From positions 336,430-400,429 of the forward strand of contig JAPDFW010000072.1 in assembly GCA_028826165.1 (NCBI GenBank): 64,000 bases of DNA. Direction: 5' to 3'. The stretch comes from Anaeramoeba ignava BMAN. Taxonomy: Eukaryota > Protista > Anaeramoebae. Positions 51,232-64,000 of the stretch are shown here, piece by piece; position 1 is the first letter of the stretch; every line of letters starts with the position of its first letter. A program made the position numbers and the translations under genes. The notes beneath the pieces were generated by a model, which saw nothing but the letters and a program-made list of their open reading frames with translations, was not told where the DNA came from and ran no database searches.

Positions 51232-51344
51232 GAAATGTGAAAGAAATAAGAAAAAAGGAAAAAAAATGAAAAAAATAAAAATAAAAATGATTTAAAAAAA
51301 AATTTCAATTTTTTTCTCCTTTTTTTTTTGAAAGGAAATTAATC

Positions 51345-52670
51345 AAATTTATTAAATAAATCTTTATTAAATTTATTAATTAAATCTTTATTAAGTTTAT
51401 TTATTAAATCTTTATTAAATTTATTAATAAAATCTTTATTAAATTTATTAATAAAATATTTATTAAATTTATTAATTAAATATTTATTAAATTTATTTAT
51501 TAAATATTTATTAAATTTATTAATTAAATATTTATTAAGTTTATTTATTAAATATTTATTAAATTTATTAATTAAATATTTATTAAATTTATTAATTAAA
51601 TCTTTATTAAATTTATTAATTAAATATTTATTAAATTTATTAATTAAATCTTTATTAAATTTATTAATTAAATATTTATTAAATTTATTAATAAAATCTT
51701 TATTAAATTTATTAATAAAAATATTTATTAAATTTATTTATTAAATCTTTATTAAATTTATTTATTAAATCTTTATTAAATTTATTTATTAAATATTTAT
51801 TAAATTTATTTATTAAATATTTATTAAATTTATTTATTAAATCTTTATTAAATTTATTAATAAAATCTTTATTAAATTTATTTATTAAATCTTTATTAAA
51901 TTTATTTATTAAATCTTTATTAAATTTATTAATAAAATCTTTATTAAATTTATTAATTAAATCTTTATTAAATTTATTAATTAAATATTTATTAAATTTA
52001 TTAATTAAATCTTTATTAAATTTATTAATAAAATCTTTATTAAATTTATTAATTAAATCTTTATTAAATTTATTTATTAAATCTTTATTAAATTTATTTA
52101 TTAAATATTTGTTAAATTTATTAATTAAATCTTTATTAAATTTATTTATTAAATCTTTATTAAATTTATTAATTAAATCTTTATTAAATTTATTAATTAA
52201 ATCTTTATTAAATTTATTAATTAAATCTTTATTAAATTTATTTATTAAATCTTTATTAAATTTATTAATAAAATCTTTTATTAAATTTATTAATAAAATC
52301 TTTTATTAAATTTATTTATTAAATCTTTTATTAAATTTATTTATTAAATATTTATTAAATTTATTAATTAAATCTTTATTAAATTTATTAATTAAATCTT
52401 TATTAAATTTATTAATTAAATCTTTATTAAATTTATTAAATAAAATCTTTATTAATTTTATTAATTAAATATTTATTAAATTTATTAATTAAATCTTTAT
52501 TAAATTTATTAATTAAATATTTATTAAATTTATTAATTAAATCTTTATTAAATTTATTTATTAAATATTTATTAAATTTATTAATTAAATATTTATTAAA
52601 TTTATTTATTAAATCTTTATTAAATTTATTAATTAAATCTTTATTAAATTTATTTATTAAATCTTTATTA
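51345..52670. repeat. ~24-bp intergenic satellite (TTTATTAAATTTATTAATTAAATC)n
   Basis: Visible array between the TDP1 stop codon and the Rab start. Confidence 0.93.
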
Positions 52671-54591
52671 AAAAAATGGATTTCTCCAAGGTAAATCTTC
52701 ATCTTCATATTTTGAAGGTGGATATGTAAAAGGTAAAAAATTTGTTAATTCTTCTTTTTCTTCTTTTTTATTCTTCATTTCAAATAAGATTACACTTGTT
52801 TCATAATTATAAATCACTAATTTTGAATTTCGATCATGATAAATTTTTCCCCAAGCAGACTAAATATAAATTTTATTAACAAAAAAAAAAAGTGGAATAA
52901 AATTTGATTTAATTTTTGTTTTGTTTTTTGTTTTGTTAATAAAATTAATTCAATACAGAAGAAAAATTATGAGATCCAATACAATAATAACGAAAATAAG
53001 GATGTTCTGCAATAAGTATTTTTGAATGAAGAATTATATTTTGTCTTGAAAAAATTGAAGAGACACATTCATACATAAATGGTTTAAGAATTGAATAAGC
53101 AGAAGATTCTTGTTGAAAAAAAAGTTGACCAATTCCATTCAAATGTTCAAAATTTTGTATTAATTTTTTCATTATTGATTGAGAAGGATAAACAATTTTC
53201 AATAAATTAATATTAGAATTAGAATTAGAATTAGAAATTTTTTTTTCATCTTCTTTTTTCTGATTTTGATTTTCATAAATTTGTTTTCCACAAGCATGAG
53301 TAATAAAATCATGAATACGATCTTGGTTGTCATATTTACCAATTGAAGATGCTTGAAACATTAAAGAATCAAAAGGGAATTTTTCAAAAGGAATTTTGAT
53401 ATTTTGATTTTCAATTTTCATTTCATTTGAATTTTCATTTGAATTTTCATTTGGATTTTCATTTGAATTTTTTTCATTTTGGATAAATTGTATTGATAAA
53501 AATTTTTGAACAATATCATTGAGTTGAAATAAACCAACTTTCCATGTATTAAAATTTCTATGATTTCCAGGAATTGAAAATATTAACTGAGCATTGGCTA
53601 AACTGAAATCAAATGGAGAAACAAAAATAGGAATTAACCAATAAAGTTTACAAGTTATTAAAAATAAATTTAATTGAGTTTCAAAATTTGTAATTGTATT
53701 TTTGATTGAATCTTCTTTTTCCTTTTGAAATAAAGGGAAATCTTGAAACCAAATTACTTGACCAATTAAATTCCAATCCTCAAATGTTAAATTTGCAGAT
53801 GAAACAACAACTCTTAATTTTGTTTCATAAACTAAAAGCAAAATTTTTGAATGAAAATAACCAAATTTCATTTTTGGAGGATAAAATAATCGAATATTTT
53901 TGTATTTTTCATTTTCTATTTCTTTTTCTCCTGGTTTTTGTATTTTTTGATTCCAATCTGCTATTAAATAAATTGGAATATTTTTTGGAAATGATGAAAA
54001 TATGAAATCGATATCATAAACAAAACTTGTTAGAAGAACTTTTTTAACATTTTTTCCAATAATTTCTTTGAGTGAAATGAAATATTTTTTTTGATTTTGA
54101 TTTTGATTTTGAATTTTATTTTGAATTTTATTTTGAAAGAAAATCTTTCCATCTGTTTCAATTTCAATTTCATTTTGATTTTGATTTTGATTTTGATTTT
54201 GATTTTGATTTTGATTTTGATTTTTATTTTGAATTTTATTTTTATTTTGATTTTTAATTTGATTTTGGTTTTGATTTTGATTTTGATTTTGATTTTTATT
54301 TTGATTTTGATTTTGGTTTTTATTTTGATTTTGATTTTGATTTTCAATTTGAATTTGATTTTGGTTTTGGTTTTGATTTTGATTTTCATTTTGATTTTGA
54401 TTTTGGTTTTGGTTTTGATTTTGATTTTGATTTTGATTTTCAATTTGAATTTCATTTTGATTTTGATTTTGAATTTGATTTTGATTTTGATTTTGATTTT
54501 GATTTTGATTTTTATTTTCATTTTGATTTGAATTTAAAGAATTGTAAATTGCATTTTGTAACATTATTTCTTCAGAATTATTAGAATTCAT
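52668..54591 (-). CDS. TDP1: Tyrosyl-DNA phosphodiesterase 1; intron 52860-52956
   Basis: Two HKN motifs (FHSKILL..LRVVVSSANL; LHSKIL..IGSHNFS|SAWG), W.QDFP, LIFSIPG, SSIG, NYE, LPF..P..Y...D.PW. Confidence 0.92.
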
Positions 54592-54907
54592 TTTTTTTTT
54601 ATAAATTTAAAAAAAAGAAAAAATGAAAAATGATTTTTGTTTTATTTTGTTTTTTTTTTTTATTTTTGTTTGGAAAAGAATTTTTTTTTTGTTAAAAGAG
54701 ATTCTGTTAGATTTTCAAAGTAAAAAAAAAAAAAAAGAGGAAGAAATATAAACACAAGGTCCACACAGAAAAAAAAAATAACAGACCAAGAAGTAAAAAA
54801 AAGAAAAAAAATGATCAAGTAAAAAAGAAAATTTTGATCAAAAGGTGAAAAAAAAAAAAGAAAAGAAAAGAAAAAAAAGAAATCAACAGACTCTACAAAC
54901 AATCTCT

Positions 54908-57422
54908 TTAGTATTTAGTTGAAATTTGAGACGTTTGTTCATCAATATAAATTGAATCTTCTGTTAGAGGGATACCCAAAGCTTGAACAACAGGATCATC
55001 TTGATTTTGTGAATGATTATTATAAATTTCATCATCACTAATTTTGCCATAACTTCTTTCAGTTTTTTCTGAAGTTTTTGGATGAGAAAGTGAAGAAACA
55101 GAACGCAATTCATTTCTTGGACAATCCAATCCATTTGTTGGAAAACTATAACCGTCACCTTTGACACTAAAACCAGTTGGAATAAACCAAACTATTATTT
55201 TTTGACCAAGAACTTGTTTAACATTTGCAAATGTTCCTAAATCATAAATATTTGGATAATCCTCTCCTTGTTCTTTTGCATAACTCATCTCAAGATATTC
55301 TAATGTTGTCATATTTCTTAATAATAAAAATGTGTGATGCATTAATAAGTTTCCAATGTTTAGAAAAAATAATCCGTAAATTATTAATGTTGGTATTAAA
55401 AATTCTTTTCCAATTTTTGAACGTGATGGTTTTGTTAGAATGGGTATAATCATAAATGCACCAGTTAAACATGTTAAGAATCCATACATTAGCATTAAGT
55501 AAAAGAATTTATAATTGCAAAATCCTTTTTATTAATTAAATTATAAATAAAATTATAAATAAATTATAAATAAAAATATAAAATTATAAATAAAATTATA
55601 AATAAAATTATAAATAAAATTATAAATAAAAATATAAAATTATAAATAAAATTATAAATAAAATTATAAATAAAATTATAAATAAAAATATAAATTAAAT
55701 TATAAATAAAATTATAAATTAAATTATAAATAAAATTATAAATAAAAATATAAATTAAATTATAAATTAAATTATAAATTAAATTATAAATTAAATTATA
55801 AATAAAATTATAAATTAAATTATAAATATAATTATAAATAAAATTATAAATAAAATTATAAATAAAATATAAATTAAATTATAAATTAAATTATAAATTA
55901 AATTATAAATAAAATTATAAAATTAAATTATAAATAAAATTATAAATTAAATAATAAATAAAATTATAAATTAAATTATAAATAAAATTATAAATTAAAA
56001 ATATAAATTAAATTATAAATTAAATTATAAATTAAAATTATAAATTAAATTATAAATAAAAATAATAAAATAAAATTATAAATAAAATTATAAATAAAAT
56101 TATAAATAAAATTATAAATTAAATTATAAATAAAATTATAAATAAAATTATAAATAAAATTATAAATAAAAATTATAAATAAATTATAAATAAAATTATA
56201 AATTAAATTATAAATTAAATTATAAATAAAAATTATATATTAAATTATAAAATAAAAATATAAATTAAATTATAAAATAAAATTATAAATAAAATAATAA
56301 AATAATAAATAAAATTATAAATAAAATTATAAATTAAATTATAAATTAAATTATAAATTAAATTATAAATTAAATTATAAATAAAATTATAAATAAAATT
56401 ATAAATTAAATTATAAATTAAATTATAAATTAAATTATAAATTAAATTATAAATAAATTTATAAATAAAATTATAAATTAAATTATAAATTAAATTATAA
56501 ATTAAATTATAAATAAAATTATAAATATAATTATAAATAAAATTATAAATAAAATTATAAATAAAATTATAAATAAAAATATAAATAAAAATATAAATAA
56601 AATTATAAATTAAATCATAAATAAAATTATAAATTAAATTATAAATTAAATTATAAATAAAATTATAAATTAAATATTTGTTGAATTTACCAACTGCATT
56701 AGCAACCCATGGACATATATGATCTAACTTTCGAATCAAAGCACACAATCTTTTAGTATACTTTGCACGAGGAGGACGGGGACGAAGACGAGCAAGTTCA
56801 TGTTCTTCATCTGTCATAACTTTTTTTGGAATTTTTGGACATGATTGTTCTAAATCAAGATTTGGCCAATTAATCGGTACAATTCCTAAATAAAATTTAA
56901 TTTTTTATAACATGATTAATTTTCTCCATCTTTATCAAAACAAAAATCAATGAGTCTTTTATGAATAAACTTATTCATAAAAAAAGATATTTTATGATCA
57001 AAAATAAAACAATTTCGAAAGAAAAAAAAACGAATTTTTTGAAACAATAAAAAGAAAAAAACAGAAAAAGCGTTTGAAAAAAAGAAAGAAAAACATATAA
57101 AGAAGAAAGATAACTTACCAGGATCTGTAAAGATAGTTCTTATATATGAAGATAAGAAGAGCAAAGAAAACAAGTCGTAAACAACAAGATAAAAAATTTT
57201 AACAGATGCATTTGAAAGACCAATAGCCATTCTGTTGAAAGTAAACGTAGCAAACGAGAATAGACATAATGCAACAAGCAATGGGAAATAGAAGTCCCAT
57301 CCGCAGACAAAGTGTTCACACAGTACAGAAAATCTTGATGGTAAATATTTTGAACAAAAACATATTTTTTTTTCTTCAATTGATTGTTCTAATTCATATA
57401 TTTCTTCAAGTGAATCGTTCAT
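54908..57422 (-). CDS. DHHC-family protein S-acyltransferase (DHIC variant); exons 57422-57119, 56885-56691, 55524-54908
   Basis: TM helices, TDPG|IVP, RPPRAK..DHICPWVANAVG|FCNYKFF, NMTTLE, YDLG..ANVKQVLG..WFIP..GDG..FP. Confidence 0.9.
55530..56675. repeat. 12-bp satellite (ATAAATAAAATT)n in DHHC intron 2 (55525-56690)
   Basis: Visible array. Confidence 0.93.
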
Positions 57423-57849
57423 TCTCTTTATTTTATTTTTATTTATTATTTTTATTTTTTAAAAAATTTTGTTTTGTTTTTTTTTTTCTCTTTCTTTTTG
57501 ATTATCTTTTTATTTTTATATTTATCAATTATTTTTATTTGATTAAATTTGTTTTTTTTTTTTGTGTTTTTTTTTCTTTTTTTTTTGTAAGTTTGTGTTT
57601 TTTCAATTGAAAGTTTAAAAGTTCAAAAGTTTTAAGGTTTGTTTTTTGTTTTTGTGTTATTTTGCTTTTTTTTTTTATATAAAACAATAAAAAAAATTTT
57701 TAATTAAAAAAAAAAAAGAAAAAAATGAAAATTAATTTTTTCTCCTTTTTCTTCTTCTTTTTTTTTTTCTTTTTTCTCTTTTTTTAAAACAATTAAAAAC
57801 AAACAAAAAAAAAATTTATTTTCTTCCTAATTCCACTTTTTAAATCTAT

Positions 57850-58925
57850 TTTAATTTCAAATGAAATTTTAAACAATTTCAAATTAATTTCAAATCAATT
57901 CAATTTCAATTTAATTTCAATTTAATTTCAATTCAATTTCAAATCAATTTCAATTTCAAATTAATTTCAAATTAATTTCAATTCAATTTCAAATCAATTT
58001 CAATTCAATTCAATTCAATATTCAATTCAATATTCAATTCAATTCAATTTCAATTTAATTTCAATTTAATTTCAATTCAATTTCAATACAATTTTAATTC
58101 AATTCAATTCAATTTCAATTCAATATTCAATTCAATTTCAAATCAATTTCAATTTCAATTCAATTTCAATTTCAATTTCAAATTAATTTCAATTTCAATT
58201 TCAATTTCAATTCAATTTCAAATCAATTTCAATTTCAATTTCAAATCAATTTCAATTTCAATTTCAAATCAATTTCAAATCAATTTCAATTTCAATTTCA
58301 ATTCAATTTTAAACAATTTCAAATCAATTTCAAATCAATTTCAAATCAATTTCAAATCAATTTCAATTCAATTTCAAATCAATTTCAATTTAATTTCAAA
58401 TCAATTTCAAATCAATTTTATATCAATTTAAAATCAATTTCAAATCAATTTCAATTCAATTTCAAATCAATTTCAAATCAATTTCAAATCAATTTCAAAT
58501 CAATTTCAATTCAATTTCAAATCAATTTTATATCAATTTAAAATCAATTTCAAATCAATTTCAAATCAATTTCAATTTAATTTCAAATCAATTTCAATTT
58601 AATTTCAAATCAATTTCAAATCAATTTCAATTCAATTTCAAATCAATTTCAAATCAATTTCAATTTAATTTCAATTCAATTCAATTTTAATTTCAATTTC
58701 AATTTCAATTTAATTTCAAATCAATTTCAAATCAATTTCAATTTAATTTTATATCAATTTCAAATCAATTTCAATTTAATTTCAAATCAATTTCAATTTT
58801 ATATCAATTTCAATTCAATTTTATATCAATTTCAATTTAATTTCAAATCAATTTCAATTTCATTTTCAATTTCAATTTCAAATCAATTTCAAATCAATTT
58901 CAATTCAATTTCAATTTCAATTTCA
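57850..58925. repeat. Intergenic 11/12-bp satellite (TTTCAAATCAA / TTTCAATTCAA)n
   Basis: Visible array. Confidence 0.92.
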
Positions 58926-58939
58926 ATAAAATTTTTGTT

Positions 58940-59980
58940 TTATTCTCCTTGAAAAAAACCAAGAATAAATGGATATCCAAAATAAATTCCTAAACAAAAT
59001 CCTGAAATTAAAAATAAATAAAATAAAATTTTCCAAATAGATCTTCCTTTTTTTGATGATTGAATTTTCAAATCATTTTTTAAATTTGAATTTGAATTTG
59101 AATTTGAATTTGAATTTGAATTTATTTTTTCATTAATAAATTCAATTAAAGATTTTTCAAAAGGACTAACTTTTGCAATATTATTTGAGATTCTTCTTTC
59201 AGTTTGAGTAATTTCAAGTTCCCAATCACTTAAATTTTTTTGAATATCATCAAGTATATTAATTATTGAAGTTAAATTTTGTTTCCAACTGTTTGAAATT
59301 GAGGAAAAATATTTTTTATTTCTGATCAAATTTTTATCTTCTTTGTTATTTTTTTGTAATTTATTTTGTCGATAATTATACATAAGATTTAATTCACTTT
59401 CAATTATATCTGATTTATAATGTAATTCTTTAAGATTTGTCAAATTACTTTTTGTTGATCTCCAAAGATTAAATTGTAATATAATAATAGCAATTAAAAA
59501 GAATATAATAGTAAAAATAAGAAATAATTTTTCACTCTTATTAAAAAATTTATTTGCTTTAGATTGATTTTCTTGATTTAGAATCATATCATTATTATCA
59601 TTATTTTCTTCATTGTTTTCATTATTATTATTTTCTTCATTATTATTTTCTTTATCTTCATTATTGTTTTCATTATTTTCTTCATTGTTTTCATTATTGT
59701 TTTCATTGTTTTCTTTATTTTCTTCATTATTTTCTTCATTATTATTTTCATTATTATTTTCATTATTATTTTCATTATTATTTTCATTGTTTTCTTTATT
59801 ATTTTCTTTATTTTCTTTATTTTCATTATTGTTTTCATTATTGTTTTCATTGTTTTCATTATTATTTTCATTATTTTCTTTATTTTCATTATTTTCTTTA
59901 TTATTGTTTTCTTTATCTTCATTATTTTCTTTATCTTCTTGTTTCAAATAATTTAGTAAATTTAAAATTTCAATTTTCAT
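58940..59980 (-). CDS. Hypothetical membrane protein: E/N-rich N-terminus, TM, coiled coil, second TM
   Basis: 346-aa ORF with hydrophobic LFLIFTIIFFLIAIIIL and ILFYLFLISGFCLGIYFGYPFIL. Confidence 0.7.
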   Translation of the reverse strand: MKIEILNLLNYLKQEDKENNEDKENNNKENNENKENNENNNENNENNNENNNENKENKENNKENNENNNENNNENNNENNNEENNEENKENNENNNENNEENNENNNEDKENNNEENNNNENNEENNDNNDMILNQENQSKANKFFNKSEKLFLIFTIIFFLIAIIILQFNLWRSTKSNLTNLKELHYKSDIIESELNLMYNYRQNKLQKNNKEDKNLIRNKKYFSSISNSWKQNLTSIINILDDIQKNLSDWELEITQTERRISNNIAKVSPFEKSLIEFINEKINSNSNSNSNSNSNLKNDLKIQSSKKGRSIWKILFYLFLISGFCLGIYFGYPFILGFFQGE

Positions 59981-60036
59981 TTTAAAAAAAAAGAAAAAAA
60001 ATGAAAATTTTATTTTTTAAAAATATTTATTTTTAA

Positions 60037-63000
60037 TTAATTTTCTTTAAATTGTTTTTCAAGTTCGAAAACATATCTTTGATTGATTTGATAATAATCA
60101 AATAATTCAATCAATTCCCTTTTAATTTTTTCATTTCCAAAATTTTCAAAATTTTCAAGATTATCTAAATAAAAAAAATTAGTCATAATTTCAACAGTTT
60201 GACTTGATTTACCACTATAATCACTAACTTTATTTGAATCATCTTGAACTGACAAAAACATTCCTCGAAACAATTCACTTCTTGCAGCTAAAATGACTCT
60301 ATGAACACCCAATGATTTTCCATTTGAAATGATAAAAAAATCAAATTCTTGATTTTGGAAAATTTTTTTCAAATCTTTTAAAAGACCTTCTCGTTCTCTT
60401 TTTTGATCAATCCATTCTTCTTTTAAACCAAGTTTAACTAAAACTGAAATCACATGTTTATATCCATTTGGACCAAAAGGAATAATTCCTGAATAAAGAA
60501 AATAAAGAAATGATTCCAATTCTTCTTTCGCAAGTAATTTTGATATTTCGGATATTTTGGATAAAAATGGTTCTTCTAATCTCATTTTCAAAATGAATGA
60601 ATGATAACAAACCCTTTCTTGTTGTTTTGTTTCCAATTCAGAATCACAAAGTTCTTTTCTATTGTAAAAATTCAGAAAATCTTCACAAATTGGAGAAATG
60701 AATTTATCAGTTATTTTTTCATCTTGATCTTGATTTTCATCATGAACTTCCAAAAAAAAATATTTTAAAGATTCTAAATATAAATAGAAAAAGAAAAATT
60801 TCAATTAATTAATTAATTATTTTTTTCTCTTTGAAATTATTTAATTACCCCAAATTATTCTGCGAGTTTGTTCAATATCAAATAAATTTACTGTATAATA
60901 TCTCAAAACTCTAGAAGAATCAATTTCCAAAAATTTTGAAACTATAAAATTTGTTGCATCTTCAATTGTTTTTCCTAATTTTAAACATCAAAAAGAAAAG
61001 TGGAAAAGAAATTTAATTCTTTATTCTTTATTCTTTTTTCTTTCTTCTTTCTAACCTTGATATTCAGGAAAATAATCTGAAAGTGGAAATTTATTGATTT
61101 TTGATTCAAATTCATCAGTTTTTGTAAATAAAATTACAAAAGGAACATGTTTAAATTTATTTTGAAAAAAATTTCGAAATAAATCAATTGATTCAACTAA
61201 ACAATTTTGAGCGCTATCTTCAAATAGTGTATGATGATAATCGCCCAAAGGAACTAAAAAGAAAATTCCTGTATGTTTCTATTATTTTGAATGAAATGAA
61301 TATTTAAATTTGAATATTTGTTTGGAAGTAAAAAAAAAAAGTGGAATAAACAAACAGTAATTGGAAGATTTCTAAAAATAAAAATTAAAATTAAAATTAA
61401 AATTAAAATTAAAATCAAAATTAAAATTAAAATTAAATTTAAATTTAAATTTAAATATTTTACTCCCATTTTCTTCTTTCACTTCTTGCTCCTCCAACAT
61501 CAATAAATCGTATTCTAACACGACATGATAAATCTCTTACTATACTGAAAATACCTGTTGTTCCAAGTCTTATATGAAGATAATCTTGAAAATTTGGAAT
61601 ATAATCATCTTGAAAAATTTCATCAATTTTACCAAAATAACTTGAATTGATTTCAAAATATTTTTGCAATTTAAATTAAATTTATTTTTTTTTTGGAAAA
61701 TATTTATTTATACTAAGGACTAAAATCTGCATAAGGACTTGGATAAGTTTCAAGAACTTGTTTAATTGGTGGTGAATTCCATAATGTTTTCATTTCATCT
61801 TTTGTTAAACAAGAATTGAAAGGAAAATAATTTTCTGAAAGAAATTCAGCAATCTTTACAAATTTATATTTAAATATTTATTATAATATTTAGATATTAT
61901 TTAGATATTTAGATATTATTTAGATATTATTTAGATATTTAAATATTTAGATATTATTTAGATATTATTTAGATATTATTTAGATATTATTTAGATATTA
62001 TTTAGATATTATTTAGATATTATTTAGATATTATTTAGATATTATTTAGATATTATTTAGATATTATTTAGATATTTGGATATTATTTAATTATTTAGAT
62101 ATTTAGATATTATTTAGATATTATTTAGATATTATTTAGATATTATTTAAATATTTAGATATTTGGATATTTAGATATTTGGATATTTAGATATTTAGAT
62201 ATTTAAATATTTAGATATTATTTAGATATTTAGATATTTAGATATTTAGATATTTAGATATTTAGATATTTAGATATTTAGATATTTAGATATTTAGATA
62301 TTATTTAGATATTATTTAGATATTTAGATATTTGGATATTTAGATATTTGGATATTTAGATATTATTTAGATATTTAGATATTATTTAGATATTTGGATA
62401 TTTAGATATTATTTAGATATTTAGATATTTAGATATTTAGATATTTAGATATTTAAATATTTATTATAATATTTAGATAATATTTAGATATTTAGATATT
62501 ATTTAGATATTATTTAGATATTTAGATATTTAGATATTTAGATATTTAGATATTTAGATATTTAGATATTTAGATATTATTTAGATATTATTTAGATATT
62601 TAGATATTTGGATATTTAGATATTTGGATATTTAGATATTATTTAGATATTTAGATATTATTTAGATATTTGGATATTTAGATATTATTTAGATATTTAG
62701 ATATTTAATTATTTAGATATTATTTAAATATTTAGATATTTAGATATTTAGATATTTAGATATTTATATATTATTTAGATATTATTTAGATATTATTTAG
62801 ATATTTAGATATTATTTTGATATTTAAATATTATTTAGATATTATTTTGATATTTAAATATTATTTAGATATTTAGATATTTAGATATTTAGATATTATT
62901 TAGATATTTAGATATTTAGATATTTAGATATTATTTAGATATTTAGATATTATTTAAATATTATTTAGATATTATTTAGATATTATTTAGATATTATTTA

Positions 63001-63676
63001 GATATTATTTAGATATTATTTAGATATTATTTAGATATTTAGATATTTAGATATTTAGATATTTAAATATTTGGATATTATTTAGATATTTAGATATTAT
63101 TTAGATATTATTTATATATTTGGATATTATTTAGATATTATTTAATTATTTAGATAATATTTAATTATTTAGATATTATTTAGATATTATTTAATTATTT
63201 AGATATTATTTAATTATTTAGATAATATTTAATTATTTAGATATTATTTAATTATTTAGATAATATTTAAATATTTTGATATTATTTAGATATTTGGAAT
63301 TGATTTTGTATTTGAAATTCAAATTGGAAAAAAAAAATACACGTAAAGTTTCAGGTGAAAAATGTAAATTAGCCTCTAAAGCAGATGAAACAAGATTTGA
63401 AAGTACATTTTCTAAATTATTTTGAATTGTAGAAGCAAAATCTTTAATAAAATATTCATCAACTTCAGGTACATTTTCAAAATGTGTAAGATGCCTTAAT
63501 AAGGTTGATTTCCCAGAAAATCCAATACCAAAAATAAAAACTTGTAAATTTTCTTTTTGTTTTTCTTTGGATTTTTGTAATTTTTGATTTATTTGATTTT
63601 GATTTTGATTTTTATTTTTATTTTTATTTTTTTGTTTTTGATCTTTTTGTTTTTTCTGTTTATGTTTATTCCCCAT
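60037..63676 (-). CDS. Divergent heterotrimeric G-protein alpha subunit fused to a C-terminal BTB/POZ module; 7 exons including a 16-nt exon (61356-61371)
   Basis: MGN N-terminus, GIGFSGKST, YIPNFQDYLHIRLGTTGI, FIDVGGARSERRKW, LFED..NCLVESIDLF, ILFTKTD, then spliced in frame (IIW|ESLKYFF) to DFFII..VHRVILAARSELFRGMF. Confidence 0.85.
61865..63295. repeat. 8/11-bp satellite (TATTTAGA / TATTATTTAGA)n in G-alpha intron 1 (61854-63340)
   Basis: Visible array. Confidence 0.93.
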
Positions 63677-63944
63677 AAATAATTAAAAATCAAAAATACA
63701 ACAAAGTAAAATAAAAATTTTTTTAATTTAGAAGTAAGTAAGTAAAAGAAAATGTAAGTAAAAAAATGGAAAATTTAAATTCAAAAAAAAAAATTAAAAA
63801 ATTTTTAATTTAAAAAAGGGATAAAAATAAAAATTTAAATTTTAATTTAATTTGATCAAAAAGAAAGAAAGAGAAGAAAAAGATTTTTTTTTCATTTTTT
63901 TCATTTTTTTCTTTTTTTTCTTTTTCTAAAATATTAAAAAAAAA

Positions 63945-64000
63945 ATGAATATTTGGAAAATTATTGAAGAAAATAAAATTGATTCGTTAAATAAAATTAA
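63945..64000 (+). CDS. 5' end of a probable ankyrin-repeat paralog of the gene at 30674 (truncated by window edge)
   Basis: MNIWKIIEENKIDSLNKI vs MDLWKIIEKKDIESLKKI. Confidence 0.65.
   Translation, partial: MNIWKIIEENKIDSLNKI

Noticed and set aside
61865-63295. Telomeric repeat
   Set aside because: Degenerate 8/11-bp units inside a GT-AG intron, internal to the window and not G-rich

Overview
Extremely AT-rich eukaryotic (protist) genomic DNA with GT-AG spliceosomal introns, very short intergenic gaps and Asn/Gln/Glu/Ser low-complexity proteins. The expanded BTB/POZ, TLDc and ankyrin families resemble Anaeramoeba-type metamonad genomes; this is an inference, not verified. About 19 genes were reconstructed by hand: copine (5'-partial), two Rab5-like GTPases with identical exon structure, an Alba/Rpp25-like protein, DNA2, a helical-repeat protein (possibly FIRRM/C1orf112-like), GPN3, two BTB-TLDc proteins, a membrane-anchored expansin-like protein, a degenerate Cdc1/PGAP5-type metallophosphoesterase, a cyclin, SLX1, an ankyrin-BTB protein, a BEACH-WD40 protein, TDP1, a DHHC-family acyltransferase (DHIC variant), a two-TM protein, a G-alpha-BTB fusion and the start of a second ankyrin gene. 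Many genes carry one intron inflated by a simple satellite. The most striking structure is at 16271-17888, inside the TLDc domain of a BTB-TLDc gene. It is nine tandem copies of a complete ~175-181 nt GT...AG intron, separated by variable 3-4 nt spacers (ATG, ATA, ATT, GGGA, ATG, ATG, ATG, GGA). These spacers look like a combinatorial micro-exon cassette.
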